A DNA stretch of 64,000 bases from Candidatus Methanomethylicia archaeon (GCA_038845975.1 JAWBQF010000007.1:1-64000), one strand, 5' to 3'. Numbered from the stretch's first letter, positions 20,137 to 30,793 are shown. Notes: generated from the sequence alone by a model not told the origin. A program made the numbers and translations.

Positions 20137-21015
20137 ATGTTTTTGGCATTGCTCACTATGGCTAGACCATCTCTAGAGGAACAGATAAAATGGATTAACA
20201 GGGTATTTAAGAAGTATCCTAGGCTTGAGAGAACACTTAGATTTTATAAAGATATTCTTGAAGTGAGGATGAATATTAGAAGCTACCTTTATGATATTGA
20301 AGCTATGCATTTATGCAATGCTGTAATCAAATCTCTTGAGGAAAAGGCTTTAATGAATAAGAAACCAATAACCTACATTCTAGATATCAGAATTCCTTCA
20401 TTAAACAATATATTGAATGCTGTAAATTCCATTATAAATATCCTTAATAAACATGAATTCAATAAGGAACTAGAAAATTTATCTAAAATTCTTTCTGAGG
20501 AGAGAAATTTATACTCCATATTTATAACAGCATCATTTAGAAATGAAAGCAAAACGTTTATAGAATTGTCAAGTAAGCTAGGCATCAACTTAAAATTACT
20601 TACCTTTATATTTAATACTCTAATTCAATCGTTTCTGGAGGAACTAGCCAGAAAAACTAGTAAAGAATTCCTAGATAATTGGCTTGATATTCCATGTCCT
20701 ATATGCGGAAGGGAACCTTTCATAGCTAAAATCAGAGATAAAAAGAAATATCTCGTATGTCCTCTTTGCGGTTCTGAATATAGAACATCATCACTATTAT
20801 GTGTGAATTGTGGAAATAGAGACCCATATACCTTAGGATTTCTCATTGATAAGAATAATTCAGCATTAAAAATAGATGTATGTATGAAATGTAGACATTA
20901 CGTGAAGGTAATAGATGAAGACTTACTAAAGGAGGAAATACCAGGAGGATTAGAAGATATTTTAACATTAGAGTTGGATAAAATAGCGGAGCTTAAAGGG
21001 TTTAAAAAATACTAA
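20137..21015 (+). CDS. fdhE: Formate dehydrogenase accessory protein FdhE
   Basis: CPICG, CPLC, CVNCG, CMKC motifs and C-terminal DILTLELD..A..KGF; divergent from FDH; start may be 20158. Confidence 0.85.
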   Translation: MFLALLTMARPSLEEQIKWINRVFKKYPRLERTLRFYKDILEVRMNIRSYLYDIEAMHLCNAVIKSLEEKALMNKKPITYILDIRIPSLNNILNAVNSIINILNKHEFNKELENLSKILSEERNLYSIFITASFRNESKTFIELSSKLGINLKLLTFIFNTLIQSFLEELARKTSKEFLDNWLDIPCPICGREPFIAKIRDKKKYLVCPLCGSEYRTSSLLCVNCGNRDPYTLGFLIDKNNSALKIDVCMKCRHYVKVIDEDLLKEEIPGGLEDILTLELDKIAELKGFKKY

Positions 21016-21052
21016 ATCTTACGTAGTTCCACTAATTACATGAGCATAAATA

Positions 21053-21562
21053 TTAACCCCATGAGGGCTCCTCAACTTTACGTCTACAGTAGAAGTTGAG
21101 CTTTTTCTCCTCTCCTTCAGATAGTGTAACTTTAAATTTCTCTTCAATATAATTGAGGGGGGAAACTATCAGCTCATACTCTCCAGATGCTAAATTATTA
21201 AATTCATAATATCCATTTTCATTTATGTTTACATAAAGGTTTGTAAATGGTAATACCAATGTAACAATACCTAACTTTAATGTTTCCCCTGATTCGGCAT
21301 CATATACATAGCCATAGATTTTTGAAAACCCAGTTTCTCTATCAAGATGAATGAAAATAGTTTGTTCCTCCATTATATTAATATGAACTTCCCTATACTT
21401 AAATCCTTTCATGTTTACATGTAAAACATTATTGCCAACTTCTAAATCAAGCTCAAATTTACCATCAAAATTTGTCAATGTAGACTTATCACCACATCTA
21501 ACATGAGCATGACTTATTGCCCTACCGTTCCTATCATATACATACCCAGTAATTCTCACCAT
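21053..21562 (-). CDS. Carboxypeptidase regulatory-like (transthyretin-like) tandem domain protein
   Basis: Two ITGYVYD/IYGYVYD...G.F/Y repeats; no signal peptide. Confidence 0.7.
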   Translation of the reverse strand: MVRITGYVYDRNGRAISHAHVRCGDKSTLTNFDGKFELDLEVGNNVLHVNMKGFKYREVHINIMEEQTIFIHLDRETGFSKIYGYVYDAESGETLKLGIVTLVLPFTNLYVNINENGYYEFNNLASGEYELIVSPLNYIEEKFKVTLSEGEEKKLNFYCRRKVEEPSWG

Positions 21563-21604
21563 AAAGTTGACTAAGACTACTAGGATTTAAATTTTATAAC
21601 ATCA

Positions 21605-21890
21605 CTGAAAACTCTATGAACTTAAGCATATTTAACATCTCTATTTTGGGATTGTCTCTGTGAATTCTTACCTTTATCCATTACTAATCCATGTTTTTAA
21701 CATGAAGCAATTAACTCATAGGAGAGGTGCATGCTCACTATTTTACTTATTTTCATGGCATATAATTATCAAATAACCTATTACCTTAGTGTACTTATGA
21801 TTTTCTCCATTGATTCCTACTCTAAACTATATCATGTTTAAATTCAATATTTTACATGCTATAATAATGAATAAATCCTCTAATGATAGA
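21605..21890 (-). mobile_element. Degenerate left-part copy of the IS6-derived repeat
   Basis: Similar to 41770-42050 (CTTAAGCAT..CTCTATTTT.GG..GAATTC..AATCCATGTT..TGCATGCTCA..CTCTAAACTATATCATGTTT). Confidence 0.65.
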
Positions 21891-22281
21891 GATGTAAACA
21901 TATTCCGCATTAGCTTATTGGGTAATGATTATCTATTGTAAAGCTGCTGAAATTCTTATTAACATCAAGACTTGCTAATTGAGTTCATAGATATGGTTAG
22001 GTGTTAATGGATTATATATTGACTTCTAACATCTAGTTAAAGAAATCATGTAGATTCTAATAAAGATCTTAGAGAGCTTAATACAATTATGACTGCTTTA
22101 CTAAGTTAATTAAGATTAAGTTAAAGAGGAGTTAAATATAGCATATAAGGATATATAGAATTATTAGACATATCGGATATAGCCCAATTAACCTAAAGCA
22201 TTATACGGCTGAGATAAGTAAAGTGAAATTTAAGAAGTTAATGGGAGCTAGTGGAGAGGAAAGAGGAAACATTGTTATTAA

Positions 22282-22371
22282 TGAATCTGTCTGAAAACTC
22301 ATAGTTATTGGTAGTTAGCTTATTAACCTAATTAAGTCTTAACAACATTCAAGAGTTTTCAGATGAGTTCA
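22282..22371. repeat. Small inverted-repeat element (IS6-like ends, ~90 bp)
   Basis: TCTGAAAACTC (22290-22300) and GAGTTTTCAGA (22353-22363), extendable with mismatches. Confidence 0.55.
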
Positions 22372-22639
22372 ATGAATATATTCTGGGGATAATGGTTAAG
22401 AGGATTATAGCTTAATAGACCAGTAGTTAAGTTAATGATAAACAAACTAATATGTATTCTAGCTAACCATATAGTAGACTTGTTAAAGTTAATATTATAG
22501 TTTTTATCTTCCCGTCTTGCCTATTTAAGTTTCGAGTATTATAAAATGCGACTTCACAATTAACGTGAAACTATAACTATTCATTATAAGTAAACTACTA
22601 TATAAAGCATATCTAACCTTTATCTCTCAGTAAAGAATG

Positions 22640-22920
22640 GAAACTAGATATTAGAAATCAATATATAATAAGATAAACTCAGGAATCATTGAAAATCAGG
22701 TATTCTACCTATCATAATACGGAGCCACCTATAGAAAAGCTTCAGTAGGAAATAAAGTATTCAAGAATAAACAAATTAAAAGATGATATGAAGAAATTCT
22801 CAAAGAAAGAAGCAATTTGACATAAACATAACAAATACAAACCAGTAGGAAATTATTCGAAATATTAGTCTGGAGTCATTATAACTTTGGAAGAGAAGAA
22901 ATAAGATATTTCATTAATGT
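22640..22920 (+). pseudogene. Possible IS200/IS605 TnpA remnant
   Basis: Broken fragments YH..TYR..VFKNKQIKR*YEEILKE and VWSH resemble Y1 transposase; boundaries approximate. Confidence 0.35.
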
Positions 22921-22970
22921 ACTAGATGAGTTTATATCTTATCTATCCATTAGGAATCAAAATCATAAAA

Positions 22971-23021
22971 TAGAAATAAAAATTCTAAATATTTATAAGT
23001 TTTTAGAAATAAAAATTCTAA
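22971..23021 (+). promoter_or_regulatory. Tandem palindromic operator pair flanking a TATA box
   Basis: TAGAAATAAAAATTCTAA at 22971-22988 and 23004-23021, each TAGAA-N7-TTCTA; TTTATAA lies between them; ATG at 23023. Confidence 0.7.
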
Positions 23022-23022
23022 T

Positions 23023-24225
23023 ATGAAGGAGTTGCTTTTCAAGCAAAATCCATGGTGGGAGGGAAAAAAGGATTACCACGTTGAAAAATGGGAAAGCATG
23101 AAAATAAGATGGATTCCAAAATGGATAAAAAATATTTCCTTAAAGCCATATTCCTTGAATTTTATAGTCGGTCCAAGACAAACAGGAAAAACTACTGGAG
23201 TAAAGTTGCTGATAAGGAAGCTTTTGAAAGAGTTTAGAGCTGAAAGCATTTTTTATTTTGATTGTACTTTGCTGGCTGATATGGAAAGTTTAAGAAGAGT
23301 ATTGGATGAATATCTTGAAATAAAAAAGTTGGAAAGAATAGAAAATTCCTTTATTTTTCTTGATGAAGTTACAAGCTTAAAAGATTGGTGGAGAATTGTT
23401 AAAGGCTATGTTGATATGGGAATTTTTAAAAACGATGTTTTAATTATTAGTGGATCTTCCTCCTTAAAGCTTAAAAGAGAAGCGGAGTTATTTCCAGGTA
23501 GAAGAGGGAAGGGTAAGGATATTTTTGTTCTTCCTCTGACCTTTAGGGAATTTCTTGAGGTAAATGGAATTGTAATTGAGAGTACAGGTAAGGTGGAGGA
23601 GGATATGAAGAGTCTGTGGCGGATTGAGGGAGGAATTAGAGAGAAATTTAAAGTCTATCTGAATGTTGGTGGCTTTCCGATCTCTATAAATGAGGACCCG
23701 ACTGCTGAACTGCAGTTAATTTCTTCAATTGAGAGTGAGTTACTAAGAACTGGTAAAAGTTTAGAGTTGACCAAAGCGATTCTATCAACAATTTTCAAAA
23801 AGGCTCCTTCTCCTCTTTCTTTCTCAACTATTGGTAGTGATGTTGGAGTTTCCTATAAGACTGCTCAAGATTATTTAGAAGTGTTACAAAACCTTTTCAT
23901 TTTAAACGTAGCTCTATTTAAAAGAGATGAAATAAAGTGGAGGAAAGAGAGGAAATTCTTCTTTTCCGATCCATTTCTAACAAGAACTCTAAGTCTATGG
24001 TGTGGAGAAAAGTATTTGGAAAGTGCGTTTTATGAGTGGATTGTTCAAGAACATTTATGGAGGAAGTTTGGTTCTGTTTATTATTTCAGAAATAGATTTG
24101 AAATTGATTGTATTGCAGGTAGTTTAAAAATTGAAGTTAAAGTTGGGAAGCCACATAGAGACTATCCAAAAAATGTTCTAATCTTAGATTTAGAAAATTT
24201 GCCAATATTTTTAGCTGTATTATAG
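23023..24225 (+). CDS. AAA_14 ATPase with wHTH/DUF4143 C-terminus
   Basis: QNPWW, GPRQTGKTT, FLDEV, SGSSS, PGRRG, GGFP, EIDC..IEVK. Confidence 0.88.
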   Translation: MKELLFKQNPWWEGKKDYHVEKWESMKIRWIPKWIKNISLKPYSLNFIVGPRQTGKTTGVKLLIRKLLKEFRAESIFYFDCTLLADMESLRRVLDEYLEIKKLERIENSFIFLDEVTSLKDWWRIVKGYVDMGIFKNDVLIISGSSSLKLKREAELFPGRRGKGKDIFVLPLTFREFLEVNGIVIESTGKVEEDMKSLWRIEGGIREKFKVYLNVGGFPISINEDPTAELQLISSIESELLRTGKSLELTKAILSTIFKKAPSPLSFSTIGSDVGVSYKTAQDYLEVLQNLFILNVALFKRDEIKWRKERKFFFSDPFLTRTLSLWCGEKYLESAFYEWIVQEHLWRKFGSVYYFRNRFEIDCIAGSLKIEVKVGKPHRDYPKNVLILDLENLPIFLAVL

Positions 24226-24775
24226 GATTCACCCACACCTAATACATAGATTCTTGTTTCTGAATCAAAACCTTTTATTGAGCAATTTCTTTATTTCTAC
24301 AGATTTGTGAACTTAGATACAGACATTACAATTAATAGTTAGCATATAAAGCCAATTGATAGTCAAAAATGTTTAAGTTTTCTATAGCTGATAGTTAATT
24401 TTAACTTCAAGCTAATCAATGATGAAAAATACTATATATGTAACACAGTTCCCTAAAGAGTTCTCAATGAATTAATTGAAGGAAGAAGCTAAATAGAAAA
24501 TGAATTAATACATATTCATACTTAACTCCACTCACATAATTACAGGCATAGCTTATGGCTTATTTGATTATTTTAAAATTAGGAAAAGTTAGTGTCTAAG
24601 AGGTTTTCTAGAGTTATAATTCTTAATTTTTACAGAGAATATAGTATATTGAGTTAGTAGCTTACTTAGGTTTTCAATAACTATAGTTAACAACTCTAAT
24701 AAAACCTATTCAAACACTAAGTACTTTAAGGCATTAGGAATTATATTTATTTACTACTAGTTATTCCTTAATATT

Positions 24776-25558
24776 GTGAGTATAAGATCAATTCTGGAAG
24801 ATGTAGTTACTGGAAGAATTTCAATTGATGAAGCTGAGAAAAAACTTAGATTTTTAGCCTTAGAATTGGTAAATAACTCTGTAAAGCTTGATATTGGGAG
24901 GGAAGCACGGAGAGGAATTCCTGAGGTTATATATGCAGAGGGAAAGACAATAGATGATCTAATTAAAATCACTAGGAGGGTTCTGGAGAATCATGGTAGA
25001 GTTATTATTAGTAGGGTTAATAATGAGCAGGCTAAGGTTTTGGAGGAGCTTTTTAATGCGGAGTATGCTTTCAATTTTTATGAGAGGGCTAGAATGATCG
25101 TTATTAAGGAGAATTCCTTTAGAGTTGAGAAAACAGGGAGAATAGGTGTTTTAGCTGCTGGTACAGCAGATATTCCGATTGCTGAGGAAGCTAGAATTAC
25201 TGCTGAGGAGATGGGGTGTGAGGTTATCTATGAATATGATGTTGGCATAGCTGGAATACATCGATTGTTTCCAGCATTGAAAAAAATGATTGAAGCTGAT
25301 GTTTCATGTATTGTTGTTGTAGCAGGTATGGAGGGGGCATTACCATCGGTTGTTGCAAGTCTTACAGATGTTCCAGTTATAGGAGTACCAAGATCTGTAG
25401 GTTATGGATTTGGAGCTGGAGGAATAGGAGCATTAACAACAATGCTTCAATCATGTGTATTAGGACTACTTGTAGTAAACATAGATAATGGAGTTAATGC
25501 AGGAGCATCAGCAGCTTTAATAGCTAGAAAAGCTAAAAGAATTAATAAACTAGCATGA
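24776..25558 (+). CDS. larB: Nickel-pincer cofactor biosynthesis protein LarB (NCAIR mutase-like)
   Basis: RRGIPEVIYAEGKT, AGTADIPIAEEA, DVGIAGIHRL, AGMEGALPS, VVNIDNG. Confidence 0.9.
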   Translation: MSIRSILEDVVTGRISIDEAEKKLRFLALELVNNSVKLDIGREARRGIPEVIYAEGKTIDDLIKITRRVLENHGRVIISRVNNEQAKVLEELFNAEYAFNFYERARMIVIKENSFRVEKTGRIGVLAAGTADIPIAEEARITAEEMGCEVIYEYDVGIAGIHRLFPALKKMIEADVSCIVVVAGMEGALPSVVASLTDVPVIGVPRSVGYGFGAGGIGALTTMLQSCVLGLLVVNIDNGVNAGASAALIARKAKRINKLA

Positions 25559-25755
25559 AAACACAAACAATCAGTTAACAGCTCTAATAATTTTTCTATT
25601 CATTACTTTCAAAGAATTTTTACTGCGATCACAAGCTTTTAATATCATATAGACTTGCTCATACTGCTGAGTGGAGATTAGATTCCAGATCCATAAGCGA
25701 GTAAAAATTATAAATGTAAGCATTAAAGAATACCAATACAGCTATTCTATTTAAT

Positions 25756-26307
25756 TTATAGTTTGAATATGTAGTGGAAAGCTAGACTTAACCCAATAGA
25801 TATTAATATGGCTTCTATTGGATGAATCTTGAAGAACATAACCAATACGATGACTAGTAGACATATAGCTAGAGGAATTATTTGAATGGAGGATCCCATA
25901 AATATAACGTTTCTAGAAATAATGACTAAAGCTATGAATATTAATCCTACAATAGCTGAATTTATTCCTCTCAGAATAATTCTTACAGTTTCTGTTTCTA
26001 GGTATGGCCTTATTACTACTGCAACCATCAATATCACGATGAAGGCAGGCATTACAACCGCTATAGTGGCAGTAAGAGAGCCTACTATGCCTAGTAGCTT
26101 ATAGCCTATATATGTTGCACAATTAATAGCTATAGGTCCTGGAGTAGATTCTGCTATTCCAACTATATCTACAAATTCTTTCTCATTTAACCATCCCCTA
26201 TATTCAACTATTTCCTTATGTAGGATTGAAAGAGACGCATAACCGCCACCAAACATGAACATACCTATCTTTAGGAATACTAAGAATAGCTCAATAAGAT
26301 TAACCAC
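25756..26307 (-). CDS. Short-chain chromate transporter (CHR family)
   Basis: KIGMFMFGGGYA and ESTPGPIAINCATYIGY motifs. Confidence 0.88.
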   Translation of the reverse strand: MVNLIELFLVFLKIGMFMFGGGYASLSILHKEIVEYRGWLNEKEFVDIVGIAESTPGPIAINCATYIGYKLLGIVGSLTATIAVVMPAFIVILMVAVVIRPYLETETVRIILRGINSAIVGLIFIALVIISRNVIFMGSSIQIIPLAICLLVIVLVMFFKIHPIEAILISIGLSLAFHYIFKL

Positions 26308-26385
26308 AATTACACTTATTAAGCTTAAATATAAAGATTAGTATGTTTTAGCAGTAGGAGATTAAGTAAGCTAGTGGAGAAGTTG

Positions 26386-26595
26386 CTATTTATAGATTTT
26401 CTTTACAGTTTCCTCACTAGATTTAACTCCTGGAACTTCGTATAAAACACCGTTTTCTGAAAGTATAAGTATACATTTACATTTTAAGCATTGAAAATAT
26501 TTATTTACCCCTCCTGACTCGCATTTTTCAGTACCTAGAAATATTACTTCACCATGTTTACATTCATAATTAACCATAACTTTACGCCTAAACAA
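26386..26595 (-). CDS. Small putative Zn-binding protein
   Basis: CKH..VIFLG..YFQCLKC pattern; start uncertain (likely 26577). Confidence 0.55.
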   Translation of the reverse strand: MFRRKVMVNYECKHGEVIFLGTEKCESGGVNKYFQCLKCKCILILSENGVLYEVPGVKSSEETVKKIYK

Positions 26596-26833
26596 TATAC
26601 TAAGCCTTAATATATTAATTTTTAGTTAGTAATCTAATAAATAGACTTAACTAATTAAGTGTATTTAATCTTTTACAATATGCGTATTAATTATCATAAG
26701 CTTATCTTCAAGTTTAATGCTTCCATTTAGAAACTTTATTTGAACCCAATATCACCATTCAATCAGAATTATGAAGTTTAGATACGTTTTATTAGGGTTA
26801 AGAAGTACTAAATTATAGGGTATAGGTGTCTGT

Positions 26834-28114
26834 ATGGGTTTTGAATGGTATATGGATTTTGTTGATTTAGACTATAAGCCTAGTAGTAATGACTTAATCT
26901 GTATTTTTAAGATTTATCCGGCTTCAGGAATTACATTGGAAGAAGCTGCTGGAAGAGTTGCTTCTGAAAGTTCTATCGGTACATGGACTACGTTAACAAC
27001 TCTTACTCCACATATTAAAAGCTTAATGGCTAGAGTATATGAGATAAGAAGGAACATTGTAAAAATAGCGTATCCATTAGAGATTTTTGAAGGAGGGAAT
27101 ATGCCTCAAATACTAAGCTCAATTGCAGGTAACATTTTCGGAATGAAGGCTTTAAAGGCTTTAAGGCTTGAATATGTAAGATTTCCAAGAGAAATTATAG
27201 AGGCCTTTAAGGGTCCGATACATGGTATAAACGGTGTAAGGAGAATACTTAAAATCTACAATAGACCTCTCATAGCAACAGTTCCTAAACCCAAGGTGGG
27301 TATGACGTGGATGGAGCATGCTAAGGCTGGATATGAGGCTTGGATTGGTGGAGTAGATCTACTAAAGGATGATGAAAACCTTTCAAACCAAAGATTTAAT
27401 AGATTTGAGGAGAGGTTAATTGAAACATTAAGAATGAGGGATAAAGCTGAAAGGGAAACTGGTGAGAGGAAGGGATACCTAATTAACATTACAGCTGAAA
27501 CTAGAGAAATGCTAAGAAGAGCTAAACTTGTTTCTAGGCATGGTGGGGAATTTGTAATGATAGATATTTTAACTGTTGGATGGGCTGCTCTCCAAACAGT
27601 TAGAGATGAAGTTGAAGACTTGAAGCTTGCAATACATGCACATAGAGCTTTCCATGCTGCATTTACAAGAAGTAGGAGGCATGGAGTATCCATGCCGGTT
27701 ATTGCTGAGATAGCAAGACTTATAGGTGTAGACCATATACATATAGGAACAGCTGTAGGTAAGCTTGAATCAACAAAGAATGAGGTTAAAACGCTGAAAA
27801 ACATAGTATCATCTAGAAAAACGAGAAGCATACTGGAGCAGGAATGGTATAATATTAAGCCTGTATTTCCAGTTGCATCAGGCGGTCTACATCCAGGATT
27901 AATACCTGAACTCATAGAGATACTTGGTAGAAACATAATAATTCAAGTAGGTGGGGGTATTTGGGGACATCCAATGGGCGGTAAATCTGGAGCTTTAGCT
28001 GTAAGACAGGCAGTAGATGCAGCTATTAAGAAAATACCACTAGTAGAATATGCTGAGAAACACGATGAGCTTAAGGAAGCATTATCAAAATGGAGCTTCA
28101 TAAAGCCTATATAG
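26834..28114 (+). CDS. rbcL: Form III RuBisCO large subunit
   Basis: ASESSIGTWT, PKPKVG, GGVDLLKDDE, HAHRAFH, GTAVGKL, SGGLHPG, GGGIWGHP. Confidence 0.95.
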   Translation: MGFEWYMDFVDLDYKPSSNDLICIFKIYPASGITLEEAAGRVASESSIGTWTTLTTLTPHIKSLMARVYEIRRNIVKIAYPLEIFEGGNMPQILSSIAGNIFGMKALKALRLEYVRFPREIIEAFKGPIHGINGVRRILKIYNRPLIATVPKPKVGMTWMEHAKAGYEAWIGGVDLLKDDENLSNQRFNRFEERLIETLRMRDKAERETGERKGYLINITAETREMLRRAKLVSRHGGEFVMIDILTVGWAALQTVRDEVEDLKLAIHAHRAFHAAFTRSRRHGVSMPVIAEIARLIGVDHIHIGTAVGKLESTKNEVKTLKNIVSSRKTRSILEQEWYNIKPVFPVASGGLHPGLIPELIEILGRNIIIQVGGGIWGHPMGGKSGALAVRQAVDAAIKKIPLVEYAEKHDELKEALSKWSFIKPI

Positions 28115-28139
28115 ATGCTACCTATAAAGTAGAAACTAT

Positions 28140-29741
28140 ATGACTGAGTTTAAACATTTAGCTTTGCTTTGTAAGCATCTTGAGGAAACTTCAAGTAGAA
28201 GGGAGAAAATTAGATTATTATCCAGCTTTCTTAAAGGGTTAAGTAAGGATGAAATAGCTCCTACAGTTCTATTTATTACTGGTAAAATACTACCAGAAAA
28301 TGAAGTTAATGCTTTAGGTATTGGATTTCAAACAGTTAAGAAAGCTATAAGTGGGGGGAAGCAGGAAGTACTTGTAGAAGAACCGTTAACAATAGTTAAT
28401 GTATATGAAAAGTTTAGGGAAATAGCAGGTATTAAGGGAAATCGATCAAAAACCAGAAGACTCTATATGCTTAAAAGTTTACTTAGTAAGATGAGTAGGG
28501 TTGAGATTGAATATACTATTAGATCTATTTTCGGAGAGATGAGGCATGGTGTTGTTGAGGGACTTATGCTTGAAGCTATAGCTGAAGCAAGTAATATAAA
28601 TATAGAGGATATTAGGAGAGCATACATGTTGATAAGTGATATTGGGAAAACAGCTGAAATAGCTTTAACAATGGGGAGGAAGAATGTAGAATCTATTAGA
28701 ATAAGGCTTTTCACTCCAATAAGACCAATGCTTGCAGATAATGCTAAAAGTATTGAAGAGATTTTGAAAGAATATGGTAGGGTGGCATTTGAATGGAAGT
28801 ATGATGGAGCAAGAGTACAGATACATAAAGAAAATGGAAAAATAACGATATTTAGTAGGAGACTAAATGATGTAACTAGTAGTATGCCCGAAATTGTAGA
28901 CATAGTTAGAAGAGATGTTAAAGCAGATAAGGCAATTCTAGAGGGAGAAGTAGTAGCTACTGATAGGGATGGAAAGCCCCTGCCATTTCAGGAGCTTATG
29001 AGGAGATATAGAAGGATTAAATGTGTTAATGAGATTTTAAGAGAAATACCTTTAAAAATCTATTTTTTCGACATACTATATGTTGACGGTCTAGAGTTAA
29101 TTAATGAACCATACATGAAAAGATGGCAGATCCTAGAGGAAACATGTAGTAAGGAGCTTCTAGCAAACAGAATAGTTACAGATGATATCAGAGAAGCTGA
29201 AGCATTTCTTAGAGAAGCTTACAATTCCGGACATGAGGGATTAATAGCTAAGACATTAGATAGCCCCTACAATCCAGGTATTAGAGGGAGAAAATGGTTA
29301 AAGATTAAACCCTACGAGACACTAGATTTAGCTATAGTAGCTGCAGATTGGGGTTATGGAAGAAGATCTAAATGGCTTAGTGACTACTATCTAGCAGCTT
29401 TAAATCCTGAAAATATGGATTTCACAATTATAGGTAAGACGTTCAAGGGATTAACAGATGAGGAATTTGAGTGGATGACAAACAAGCTACTAAGCATTAA
29501 AACATCTGAAAATAAACATACAGTTTATGTGAAGCCTGAAGTTGTTGTTGAAGTTGCATTTAATGAAATTCAGAGAAGCCCTAAATATGGATCAGGATTT
29601 GCACTCCGCTTTGCGAGAATACTAAGAATTAGAACTGATAAAAATCCATATGATATAGATACAATTGAAAAAGTAAAGAAACTCTATGAAGAACAGTTTA
29701 AAAGAAAGACTAGAATCAAAGTCAATACCGATACAACCTAG
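28140..29741 (+). CDS. lig: ATP-dependent DNA ligase
   Basis: KYDGARVQIH, EGE, FDIL, EGLIAK, WLKIK, LRFAR motifs. Confidence 0.93.
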   Translation: MTEFKHLALLCKHLEETSSRREKIRLLSSFLKGLSKDEIAPTVLFITGKILPENEVNALGIGFQTVKKAISGGKQEVLVEEPLTIVNVYEKFREIAGIKGNRSKTRRLYMLKSLLSKMSRVEIEYTIRSIFGEMRHGVVEGLMLEAIAEASNINIEDIRRAYMLISDIGKTAEIALTMGRKNVESIRIRLFTPIRPMLADNAKSIEEILKEYGRVAFEWKYDGARVQIHKENGKITIFSRRLNDVTSSMPEIVDIVRRDVKADKAILEGEVVATDRDGKPLPFQELMRRYRRIKCVNEILREIPLKIYFFDILYVDGLELINEPYMKRWQILEETCSKELLANRIVTDDIREAEAFLREAYNSGHEGLIAKTLDSPYNPGIRGRKWLKIKPYETLDLAIVAADWGYGRRSKWLSDYYLAALNPENMDFTIIGKTFKGLTDEEFEWMTNKLLSIKTSENKHTVYVKPEVVVEVAFNEIQRSPKYGSGFALRFARILRIRTDKNPYDIDTIEKVKKLYEEQFKRKTRIKVNTDTT

Positions 29742-30149
29742 AATTTAAACTTCTACAAACACATCTACATGTAGCCTGTTAAGCTTCCTATTACATTATC
29801 AAATCCTCTAAAAACTTAATCAAATAATTAATGAATACACAATATGTTTTAAGATATAACATAGCTTCACTTACAAAAATGAAAGCTTTTACTCTTACAG
29901 TAGGGAAGTAATCATCTATTCTCTATTTAACAATCTTTGGTTAATGACTATTTACTCATATATTTTATTCCTTACTTAATTTTCAAACTATAATCTCTTC
30001 AGTAAAATAAGAAATCATCTAACAAGTTTTTAACAAGCTCTTAGACCTCTTTCCTTCTATCCTAATAGTGGAAGTATTTTACATCATAGTGTAAATTTGG
30101 AATATAGCTGAACAGTAGCCTTTATATATTTGCTTACATTTCTTCTTTT

Positions 30150-30773
30150 ATGTCTGTTCAAGATGTTCTTGAAAAGATTAAGGTTTGGTTTGAAACCGGT
30201 GATGAAAACTCTAACGATATTGTTGAGATGCCGTGGGAAGTTGAGATTGAACGTGATGCTAATGGCGGTATTAAGATGATTACAGCTATTAATCCACGTA
30301 TGCCTGTAAGATTTCATGTATTTCCGTTGGAGAAATGTATTAGAATTGCTGTTGATATGGGGCTTGAAACAGCATATCTTAAGCCAAGTAGCCGAATTAA
30401 AGTTTATAGAACTGCATTGATTCTTAATAGTGCTGTTGAAATTATGAAGTTTGAGCTTGTAGGTTTAGATGATGAGCTTTGGGCATGTGCAGATCTTAGC
30501 ATTCAATCCATAAATGAGGGGGAGTTTAATGACACTATTGCTGCGTTATTTATAGGTTTAACAACAATAGTTGTTAAGCTTGGCCTTGAGGAAAAGCTTA
30601 AAACTTCAATGTTTACAACACTAATTCAGATGTTAAAGGAAAGAATTGAAAAAGGCTTTAAACCTGAAGATCTCCTTAACTTTCTTACTAGACGTGCAGG
30701 TATGGATGAGAAGCTGGCGAGGCAACTTATTATGGAAGCATCTGGTAGACAGCCACCAATAATGTATCGTTGA
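30150..30773 (+). CDS. Hypothetical archaeal protein (possible YbjN/chaperone-like fold)
   Basis: Clean 207-aa ORF with TATA upstream; fold guess only. Confidence 0.6.
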   Translation: MSVQDVLEKIKVWFETGDENSNDIVEMPWEVEIERDANGGIKMITAINPRMPVRFHVFPLEKCIRIAVDMGLETAYLKPSSRIKVYRTALILNSAVEIMKFELVGLDDELWACADLSIQSINEGEFNDTIAALFIGLTTIVVKLGLEEKLKTSMFTTLIQMLKERIEKGFKPEDLLNFLTRRAGMDEKLARQLIMEASGRQPPIMYR

Positions 30774-30793
30774 ATTTAGATGTTCAAAAAGGT

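Noticed and set aside
25615-25709. 10-bp inverted repeat between larB and the chromate transporter
   Set aside because: Short, AT-rich, no target duplication and no second copy seen
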